A DNA stretch of 64,000 nucleotides from Enoplolaimus lenunculus (lineage: Eukaryota), in NCBI GenBank assembly GCA_030248215.1, contig JASANG010000627.1, forward strand, positions 310,001 through 374,000, read 5' to 3'. This document shows positions 12,601 through 22,254 of this stretch, one piece after another. The notes under the pieces were generated by a model. It was not told where the DNA came from. It did no database searches and was given only the letters and a program-made list of their open reading frames with translations. The position numbers and the translations under genes are program-made. The first letter of the stretch is position 1. Each line of letters begins with the position of its first letter.

Positions 12601-15489
12601 TCAATCCAAACTATACCAATTGGACTCAGGATAATATTGCCCGGATGGTGTTCCGCCAGTGATCGCCCAGGATTTCGTTGTTTCCAGCCCCATCCAACGC
12701 CGGTCAATAGGGCACATCCGCCTTGAGAGAAAAATTCGTCAAATTCCATCGCATATTCCCAAGCGTCAATCGAATGTGCGCACGCGATTAAAATTGAAAA
12801 TTCTCCTGTCAATTAAAAAAATTAATAAAATTAACATTTAATTGAACCAACCAGAGGTGAATTTAGGATTTGTTTTTATTGTAGTGGATCTAGGATATTT
12901 TTAGAGCAGTGAATGTGCGATTTTTAGACAAAGAATTTCAAAAAATAATCACTTAGCCGACTCAGCGGTAAATCTAAAATTCGAGTAGGATTTCTTCAGA
13001 ATACGAAATTTGAGATAACCCAACGACAGAAGTAGAGTTTTCTCATAGCGGCGGATAAAATATTTTTGAACCAGCAGTACAGGAGTCAAGAGCTTCGGTT
13101 GGAAAAGATGAGCAGTGGCAAATATATGCGGTTTATCCATACTCCACTTTGTGAGACTTGACACACAAAACCCATTTTATGAGAGTTAACACGCCGGTAT
13201 TAGGGAGATACAGTTTTAAGTCAGTACAGGAGTGACCATCTTGGCCCAGCAAACCCAAGTGTCCCGTACGGCGGAACGAACATACCATCATCCATATCAT
13301 CCAAAGATTTCGTCAGCTCCGCTTCGAACCCCCTGGAACGCAACAAATCTACGGTCGCTTGGTTTTCTTCGTAAATTCCAATTTTACGCGGCGGATGTTG
13401 ATCTGCTTGAAACCAACTGATAATATTCTAAAACTTGAAAGCATCCTATTGTCACAAGGAATCAGGGTGCAACCGGAATTACAATTTACCGGAACCGGAA
13501 CCGGAATTTGAAAATTTTACCGGAACCGGAACCGGAAAGTGAAAAATGCATTTCACCAAAAATTTCATTTTAATCTTATTTTTTGCTCTATTATTTGTGA
13601 AATAAGCTTAGTCGAACATAGGTATTTATTTTATTTGTTGTATTTTAGATTTTCGTCGTCGACTGAAGTGAAATCCACCATCAATGGCTTATATTCGGAA
13701 TACAAGTGGCTTTCTAAAGAGATTCTTGAAGATTAGCAAAGTTAAAAAAACGGCCAAATTATAACACCGGAATTTTTAAATCCGGTAAAAATTTACCGGA
13801 ACCGGAACCGGAAGGTGAAAAAATGCCGGAACCGGAACCGGAATTCCGGTTGCACCCTGCAAGGAATTAAATTGAAACATTTTGAAGAGCGGCAACTACG
13901 ATGCAGACGAGAATGGCACTACTTCCTGAGAAAGTTTAAGTTTTGAAATAAAGTGTTCTTTGCAAATTTAAGTATGATTGCAAAATTTATTTCGCTACCT
14001 CTAAAGTCAAGACGCAAGCCCGTAGCCAGAAGAGGGTCACGGGGGGTCAGTTATGCTAGAAAAAATTTTGCCCCCGATAAAAGTTTCAACCGCGTTAATA
14101 AATCATCCGAAACCGAAACATGTTTTCTTAAAAATTTTAGCCCCTCAGAATGTTGAACTGCCTGTCAGTGTCGGGATATCAACACTTCGGGTTTTTTCAA
14201 TTAATATAAACCAATTTTGGTTTGCATTGTTCATAAACTTTAAAATGCACACTTCAGCTATAAAAATCTGAAATGAGAGATTGACAAATATATAATAACA
14301 TATCTAGCGATGTAAACTGTTTAGTAACCAATCTGAAAAAATATATACGGGCCATAATTGTAATGGCCAATGTTACTTTAAGGGGCGTAACTGCAGATTA
14401 AGCGTATTCCGAAGTCTAACCCTAAGCCTAAGCGTTGCAAAAATGAATTCCTAAGCGTAATCCTAAGCCTAAGCAAAAAAATGTAATCTAGAATCTAAAC
14501 CTACTCTTTTATATACGCACCAGAAACCTGGACGCCTCTTGAAGTAACATGGGCAATTGTAATAAAGGCATAGAACTACACAGAGCCATGGGCCAACCCC
14601 TAATCATTTTAAATTCTCAGTATTTTTGTTCGTAGTTGGACTTACATATTTTATGGACATGGTGGACACTTCACCAACGGCATCACAATTCGTCCCCCGA
14701 AAACTTGTTATTGCAAATTTCATCGACTCGACAATTTGTCACCCATCATTATGCTTATGCTTGGCCTTAGGCTTAGGAGTACGATTAGGCTTATACTAAG
14801 ATTTATTTCTAAGCTTTTGGACATTTGAGGGAACTTTATAAGACGACCCAAAGCATCAATTTAAATCCATGAGCCGCCTTATCCCTTGTGCGTAGTAGTT
14901 ATTGCCAGTTAGTGAAGGGCATGAAACAATCGATTTGTCTCAGCTGTGATTTAAAAACGTCACACAGCAGCATTACATTCTAAAGTTTATCACAGGTCCG
15001 TAGCTAACTCAACTTGCTAAGGGGGCTAAATAATTTTTTGAAGGACATGCAATGATTTCAGACTCGTTATAAGTCAGATTAAAACTGTTCTAGGGGAATG
15101 CGAAAAGTTTTTCTAAGGAAGACTGATGCCCCTAATGGCTCTTTCTGAACACAGCTTCTTGATACCAACTGTTGTTAGGTGCTACACACATTTGAAAATA
15201 CGAGACTTTCAAATCGTACCAAAAGCAACTGATTGAAATCGCCACGGTCGTTCGGCAAATTATATCCCGAATGCCCGAACGCTACCACTTTTCCGCGTCC
15301 GGCCCACGCGCCACAAGCCACTGGAACCAACTGCGAACGATGTGAGCCATAAAATAACGGAAATGCGTCACATCCGTAGACGCACAGCGGACCAGGAGTA
15401 CCGGACATGTGAATTTCGGATACGTTTGCTAGAAGACGCTCACGGGCGGCTCCATGATCTTTTCGTTCGGATGAATGTTGACCACCCAT
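3636..15489 (-). CDS. M60-like (peptidase M60 / TCAF-FAM115-like) zinc metallopeptidase, 13 exons, ~1013 aa
   Basis: Exons in minus order: 15489-15220, 13427-13286, 12805-12588, 12250-12080, 11245-11045, 10790-10589, 10138-10034, 9486-9263, 8230-8047, 6738-6314, 6125-6000, 4907-4766, 4267-3636. All introns are GT-AG, phases match, total 3042 nt. Motifs: 'WISTGHYACPG', 'SPFGGLIYI', 'APWAELET', '[23 protein letters not shown]', and the gluzincin site 'WGHFHELGHNHQ...GEVTVNLF'. AATAAA on the minus strand at 3495-3500. Confidence 0.93.
5736..5960. mobile_element. MITE-like element rich in TTGCA/TGCAA repeats
   Basis: Inverted ends 'atttatacgtgcaa' / 'ttgcacgtgtaaat'. A related copy lies at ~40965-41120. 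Confidence 0.55.
7090..7914. mobile_element. hAT-like MITE (older copy)
   Basis: TIRs CAGGGTTCCAA / TTGGAACCCTG with subterminal ATTCCG repeats. The flanking 8-mers match only partly (taaaacaa / ctgaacaa). Confidence 0.7.
8266..9215 (+). mobile_element. Putative Helentron/DINE-1-like non-autonomous element
   Basis: Starts in a T-run (ttattgagcgaagcga), followed by a hairpin 'tccgagc-gaa-gctcgga' and a (GTCC)n microsatellite at 8351-8378. A distal partial inverted copy 'ttcgcccat' lies at ~9173. The right boundary is uncertain. Confidence 0.5.
10436..10584. mobile_element. PIF/Harbinger (Tourist-like) MITE with TAA target duplication
   Basis: TAA-GGGTGGCGGTATACT...AGCATAGCGCAACCC-TAA. Related copies at ~28840-28985, ~42222-42354 and ~45438-45554. 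Confidence 0.75.
13463..13859. mobile_element. hAT-type MITE with a perfect 8-bp target-site duplication, in intron 1 of the M60 gene
   Basis: TIRs CAGGGTGCAACCGGAATT / AATTCCGGTTGCACCCTG with subterminal CCGGAA repeats. CAAGGAAT flanks both ends (13455-13462 and 13860-13867). Confidence 0.9.
14365..14554. mobile_element. ~190-bp MITE with an internal degenerate GCCTAA/TTAGGC array
   Basis: Imperfect TIRs GGCCAATGTTACTTTAAGGGGCGT / ACGCCTCTTGAAGTAACATGGGC. Related copies at 32725-32900, 37808-37960 (reverse), ~48762-48915 and ~63455-63550 (partial). Confidence 0.75.
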
Positions 15490-16549
15490 GTTAATATTTA
15501 GCGATGGATCGGTGTCGGGACAGTGGGATTGTTAATACTTTGAGAATGGGATAAGGCTGACAGGAAGGTTAAGGTTAAGGCATTTAGTTAGTTTGGCACT
15601 TAGAATATATGATGGAACATGAAGTTCGAAACTTAACTTAATATATACAAAAGTATAATAATTATAAGTTGTGGTGACAATATTAATAGAAGTGCTAAAA
15701 ACGTTTTGACCCAATAAAGCAGCCGGCGTCAAGGATGTATTAATTACGAAAGAGATTACCGATTAAACTGTCTTTGTGACTTTTCACCAGAATTTTTAAA
15801 AACGGCTTTATTTGGCACAAAACAAACGCCTAACGCCTTTCAAAATTTTTACAGAGTAAAATATCCCTGTTGCCAAAACCCTGGTTTACACTCCAACAAT
15901 GGGGCGTCTTGCACACATCCCGCGCATTTAACGTTAAAGCTTAGGCTTAGACAAACGTTTAGGTTTGGGAAAAGGCTTATGATCGCTGATTTAAGGTTAA
16001 GGCTTACGTTTAGACAAATACCTACGCTTAGGTAACCGCTTAAATAAGCCTTTCCCCATAAGTTGAACCCTGTGGGAGAATCTGAAAGTTTCAAATCCCC
16101 AAATGTAATCACGTCTGCATATCGCGTGGCTCAGGAGGGTTCATCTTCTCCGGAACAATTTTGTCCCCTAATACAAACACCTCAACCATGCTTGTAAGCC
16201 ATCTGGGATAATTGTATGCCATGCAAAAAGGCTCAAGTTAAAACCGAAGTGAAGATTTCGAATATTGTACAAAATATATTTAATACAACCAAGAGTCGAT
16301 GACTCGTTTTAACAACAGTGTGCAACTGATTACATTCTGTGTAGAAAACAATGTACCCAGCGTTCGATCCATTTTTGGCCTACCGCCTTATTTAAGGGGG
16401 TGTTGAAAGTGCGCTGGACCCACGGAAACGGGGGTTTGCCCAAGACGCACCGTGTGGCGGTATCTTTTGTACTACGCGCAATCACGACAGTTGTACATTC
16501 TTGTCCAAGAGTGATCATCCGTTCCCGATAAACCCAAGAGTGGATAATG

Positions 16550-16817
16550 ACAGGAGTGTGCAACTCTTGGGGTCGCATGGTACAAAATGTACCTCCAGGC
16601 ATTCCATTTTTGCCCTATTCCCCGTTATTTAGAGAGGGGTACAACCGGCGCGAACCATGGCACTTCGTGTATGCGGCATCAAATCTGGTCCTCTTATAGG
16701 TTAATTTAGGGGTATTCATATGATAGCGACCCCCGTCTAAACAAGAGGGGTCGGCCAAAACGCAATGCCAGGTGGTACATTTTGTGCCATGCGGGATCCA
16801 AGAGTTGCACACTCTTA
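16550..16817. mobile_element. Symmetric member of the AAGAGTGTGCAACT MITE family (long TIRs)
   Basis: ~45-bp imperfect inverted ends: 'ggagtgtgcaactcttggggtcgcatggtacaaaatgtacc' / 'ggtacattttgtgccatgcgggatccaagagttgcacactct'. Confidence 0.75.
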
Positions 16818-18634
16818 TCATGATCCATTCTTGATAAAACCAATTTCAAACACAAAAGCACTCACAGTGATTATAAACACGCTTTGGTTTACGTCCAAGG
16901 GGAGTGCTTGAATAAAACTTTTTGCAACTGCAGCAATGAAAACTGCGTAAAATATCGGACTCCTAGATGAAAGCAGGTTCAAATTCAAAATTCTGGTCTC
17001 GCTCCCTGTTGGGTGTTTGATTAGTTTCCCTCCACAATAAGTCCCCATATTAGCCCATATTAACCTCGTTACCGTCCTAAAATTGCAGAGTAGTGCGGTA
17101 AAGGCACTTTAAGCTTTCCAATCAGGAAGCTTAGCGCCCCCTGAAACCCCCACAATTCAAGGGACCCTATGCAATATTGGGGCTCCCGCCCCCAAACCCT
17201 TTTCTCACACTAAGCAGGGCATTATTAGAGCAACTAAAAAATTTTCCACGAGTATACACTTTCGATCCTGTTGTCAGCTTCCTCCCTTGAAATTTAAGAG
17301 GTTCAGGGAGTGCCAGCCCCCACATTGGAAAGTAAAGACCCCGGAGAACACTACACTATTAATGTAGAGGGAACCTTGTTGGGAGAATTAAACTAGTACC
17401 CGCTCCTCCCATTCGACCCGCCAGCAGTATATGCCCCCTGAGTCACGAACGAACAGCATAACGTACACTAAAAATACGTGGTAGTCCACAAACTCCGACC
17501 TTGACAACACCATATTGTATTTGATGTTGTTGCTGTTATATTCGAATAAAACTGATAAAACAACTGAATACACAACACTGGATGACGAATCTATCATCTG
17601 TACTAACAAATGAGATGACGTAATTGAAGCAAACGCAGGGGCGTACCGAGAGGAGGGCAGCCAAGGGAGGGGGGGCCGCAGACACCCTATCGGAATCATT
17701 TCGTGAATCATAATTTGCATTAGATACAAAAATTACGCATAGTTTTGGGCTCACTTCGCTCGCGAGGTTGTTAAATTATTCAGTTTTCGAAAAAAATTTT
17801 TTGCTGCGATACTGTTGAAAGGAAAAGATCACAGTCAATTTCCCTAACCTACTCAATTAAAAACTAAAGATAATAAAAATTGTGCAAAGTTACATAGCTG
17901 CGCAAGTGCTTGACTGGGGGGTTCCGGTTGGGTGATTTGGACCCCGCAGGTCATGATTAAAGAAGTGTTTTGAGACTATTGCAGAGGGTTTAATACTAAA
18001 ACGAACAATGTAGTGATATGCAATAGTTTGCATTGCTGTTGTGGTTGTGGTATATAAATGTAGAAACAATACGGTGAATCTGTCTTTTATTAAAGCTTAT
18101 GGGATACTCAGGGTGTAACTGGAGGTTAAAAATACCAAAGCCGGAGCCAGAGGGCAAAAGATTTTGCCGGGGCCGTGGTAAAGCCAGCCGTGAAACGAGA
18201 TTAGGTAGTTGAGATGTCTGATTTGCAAATTTTAGCAAATACTTGTAAAAGACACTGTTAATTCTTTTGGTTTTACATATATCGCACAGTTTTCTTCACA
18301 TTTCAGCAAGACCGGCGTTAGGATAGTCAGGCATTCCGTGGAGATTTCACATTGACTTTGAGCCGAAGCGCTGATATTTAGCACTAAAATACTGTTTGGC
18401 TGGCATCTGCACTGCGAATCGCAAGCTTAAACACTATCGCGCGGCCTCTGTGTGAGAACTTTCTGGATCCGGCACTGTAACAAAAGAGGAACTAAAAATC
18501 TAACTGTTGAAATCTACTAACACATAAAAACGAATAGTAATTTAGCGTATAAAATCAGGCATAACAGCTTAATAAATTTATAGCCAGACTAAAACCCGTT
18601 CAATTGTAATTTATCCCAACAGAAATACGAAATT

Positions 18635-18637
<3 letters not shown>

Positions 18638-18728
<91 letters not shown>

Positions 18729-18737
18729 TATATATAT
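18638..18737. repeat. (TA)n microsatellite
   Basis: About 100 bp of almost pure TA repeat. Confidence 0.97.
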
Positions 18738-19011
18738 TCCGGTTCCCGTAAGTAAATCCGGTATTTTTCACTATCCGGTTCCGTAAAAAATCCGGTATTT
18801 TTTCACCGGAATTCTCCTGTATTTTTGGTATTGAAAATTCTTTCTCATTCCAAAATTTCAGAAAAATTGACATATTATTGTAACTTATTCTTCTAAAATT
18901 GTCTGAGTGTGTATTGGCAAAATTTTCAATTTGTGTCATACTTTTAATGGATCATACATTTCCAGCTACTGCATTTGTTTCAGGATTTTGGCATTCTATG
19001 GTGTGTTGATA

Positions 19012-19387
19012 CAGGGTATATAAGGGCGTAAACAGATAGTAAAAATAACGGAAACGGAAAATGGATATTTATTGAAGTATAAAAGTTACAAGAATGTTTT
19101 GTTTTTCTGCAAACAAAACTGAAGACTGCATATATTCACCGGTTTTTCAAAAATTTCGAAAGAAAAATTGGCGGTTGCATCGAAATTTTTAAGATTTTGA
19201 ATGAATTTCATAATTTATATTCCGTTTCAAACAATTGCAGCACATCTGCAACATATAATTGCCAGATATACGTGATTTATAACTAAATTTTGAACATAAA
19301 AATAACAGAATTTCCGTTTTCTATAACGGAAAGAGAAACAGACACCGATTTTTCCGGAAACGAAAACCGATATTCGGTTATACCCTG
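19012..19387. mobile_element. hAT-like MITE family (CAGGGTATA...TATACCCTG)
   Basis: Short TIR. The right part aligns by eye with 1003-1268, and reverse partial copies lie at ~2796-2875, ~4365-4455 and ~32633-32980. Confidence 0.7.
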
Positions 19388-19924
19388 ATTATATAAACGG
19401 AACAATATATAAAAATTATAAATATGGTACTTATGCTGTGCAAAGTATTAATGAACCAGGGGAACGTAACCAGGATTTCATTTCAACTGGGAATGTAACA
19501 TCACATTAAGTTATTCGCGAGCACACAAGCAAGAGCAGCCAGCGACAAAATTTTGACCTCTAGGATCCCGAGGCTTATTTCAAAGTATGCTATTAAAAGG
19601 AAGACAGTCTTTAGGTTCGTTGAACAAATTAAATCTGCGAAGTTAATAAATAAATAATGGACACGGCAGATGTGTCAATATACACGTTATGTAGAACCAG
19701 AGATTTCAAACATTTTATTGTCATTAAAATATTTTGGATATTGTTTAAAATAGCCCTTGCTTATAGAAAAGTGGGTTTTGTATAATGCAAAATAGATTTA
19801 TTGCATTCACAAATTGCAAATTTTTCTGTGAGATAAAGCTTTTGGTACATTGTGAAGCAGGAATTCCGAATGTCCTGGAGACATGAGGAAAGGTAGTTTT
19901 ACAAAATTGAACATAACCAGCAGA

Positions 19925-20263
19925 CTGGTTAACTGATTTGTTGAGTAAAATTGGTGCAGGCCAGCGGGGACAGAAAATTTGATGATTTCCACTGAGCTAT
20001 AAGTGAATTCTGGATGCTGGTTAACTGATTTGTTGAGTAAAATTGGTGCAGGCCAGCGGGGACAGAAAAATTTGATGATTTCCACTGAGCTATAAGTGAA
20101 TTCTGGATGCTGGTTAACTGATTTGTTGAGTAAAATTCTTGCAGGCCAGCGGGGACAGAAAAATTTGATGATTTCCACTGAGCTATAAGTGAATTCTGGA
20201 TGCTGGTTAACTGATTTGTTGAGTAAAATTCTTGCAGGCCAGCGGGGACAGAAAAATTTGACG
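19925..20263. repeat. Minisatellite, 92-93-bp unit x ~3.6
   Basis: Units start at 19925, 20017, 20110 and 20203 (ctggttaactgatttgttgagtaaaatt...) and are near-identical. Confidence 0.95.
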
Positions 20264-21046
20264 ACCTTGTAGGCGGCGTTTTGTCCGGACGGCGTTTCAA
20301 TTTATTCGGACGCCCTTTTGTCTGTTCGCCAACTGGCCTGTCGATCTTCTGTAAGAGACCCAGCTAAACAAGTACATAACAGCTTGCCTTTTTTCATTTT
20401 CCATGCAAAGCTGCCCTGTTTTCCGTTTTCCAATGAAAATATGAAGCTGTCCCGTTTTGTTGTTTAGCTCGAAACAGAACTATCGCAGATTTCTATTTCC
20501 AAGCATAAATAGTCGACAGGGGTCAGAAACTTAGTGATTGCACGACGACACCTTGCTGGACAGCAGGAAAACGGGACGCCTCTTTTAGAGTAAATATCGG
20601 TTTTCTTGCATTGGGCTCGACTGTGCAAATCTTGACTGCAAAATCAGGCGGTGACTGAAAATGTTCGTTAGGCCGGGCTGTCATGACCAGGTTTGTAGCC
20701 AGCTCAGCATGCCGGAGGGTGTAAAATTGTTTGTTGGAGGGGCATCGTTCAGTGATTTTATATCAATACTTTGTGGGGCTTTTATGCATTTTTCCGCCCC
20801 CACAGGCTAATAAGATAAGTCTAAAGGCATAGGCCTTTAGGCTCTGGCTTTAGTTAAAAAGGCTTTAGCAAACGTTTGGCATTTGGCTTGCCTTTTCCAG
20901 AGCTTATTAAAGTTTAGTTTGAAGAGGAAAGTGAGTTTGTCGGAGTCGTTTGTTTGTGGTTGCTAAAACTCTTGTACCAGGAGCAAAACTTTTCAGGCAA
21001 GGCTCAAAGTAATGCTAGCTCGACGTTGTTAGATTTTACACGTTTA

Positions 21047-21260
21047 CACTGCAAAAAACGGTTAGTCAAATTGACGTTCTCCGATACAGGCTTTTTCGGA
21101 CGACACAAACTGAGTCAAAATTCAAAATTCGACTTCGCCAGAGTTAAACGTGCGACTCCGTGAGTCGAGTTTGACTCTGGTGGATTCGAATTTTGACCAG
21201 TTTGCGTAGTCCGGAAAGCGTATTCCGAAGAGTCAATTTGACTCACTATTTTGTGCAGTG
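21047..21260. mobile_element. Fold-back MITE with CACTG termini flanked by TA (CMC/CACTA-like)
   Basis: TA-CACTGCAAAAAA...TTTTGTGCAGTG-TA. The two ~100-bp arms are imperfectly complementary along their length. Confidence 0.75.
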
Positions 21261-21769
21261 TACGTCCTTCCCTTGCATTTGACTGCTAGAACACATATCC
21301 GCAAAGTCGGTGAACCGAGAGCACTGTTTAGAAAACATCAAACGACAAATTTGTACAAACGTGCTAATAACATTTCCTGGATTTAATTTCTATCGTTGCG
21401 TTGCTTCGCAAATAAATGATATATTTTATTGTTTGAAAAACAGAGTTGAGTTGCAGGAACATAAAAGTCGAATTTTAATGTTTAAGTCAAGTTTTAACAT
21501 ATGGTTTGTCGCTTTCACTTTATTAAAACATCTTTAAACGAGTTTTGGTTTTCCAAATGTTTTGACAAATTTACCAGAGTCCTGCATTAACAGTTAAGAG
21601 CAGTCGTTGTGCAGTTGCTATATTGCAAAGCGACATGGCCAAATTTCAATTTGTATCACGTTCCAGATGGCAAAAAACTGTTGAAAAAACCTTGCAATCT
21701 TGTTATCCGCGCGTTTAAACTTGGGTGACCGTGTGTCGCCATTGCGGTCAGACATCCATACTGCTTTTT

Positions 21770-21927
21770 CTTGTAAAGCAATCTTAATAGAAGAGATTTA
21801 GCTAGTAGCATATTAGTTTTTCGACTGTTGGAAAGTGTAATGTTAAAACTTGTAAAGCAATCTTAATAGAAGAGATTTAGCTAGTAGCATATTAGTTTTT
21901 CCACTGCTGGAAATTGTAATGTTAAAA
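21770..21927. repeat. Tandem duplication of 79 bp
   Basis: cttgtaaagcaatcttaatagaagagatttagctagtagcatattagttttt... occurs at 21770 and 21849 with about 3 mismatches. Confidence 0.9.
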
Positions 21928-22254
21928 CTATCAATTTTCCACATCTGCCCACAGGTCCACTGAATTTAAAAGCCTTGAAACACTTTTTCAAAGGTTATCG
22001 TATAACAGCCAACGTAGGTGCTTGCGTTAGATTGTTTCTGTTTTTCATTCTACGTTTGTCAGATACAATATTAAGCAAATTCGTAAAAAATTTAGTTGTT
22101 ATCATAGTCAATTTTGAAAACGCGAGTAGGTGATGACAAAGTAATGTTCGGTGGCTCACTGTCGTACGCATAAACTATAAACTACTTCAGTAAATTCGCA
22201 TTCTGTTTACCTATCCATAATGCGAATTCTGTGCTGAAGTTTATAACATCGCCA

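Noticed and set aside
18589..18939. 116-aa ORF with an IYIYIY run
   Set aside because: It is a translation of the (TA)n microsatellite and a MITE end.
19925..20263. Regular repeats resembling a CRISPR array, and two 123-aa repetitive ORFs
   Set aside because: The units are contiguous and near-identical with no unique spacers, there are no cas genes, and the context is eukaryotic. The ORFs arise from the 93-bp period and shift frame.
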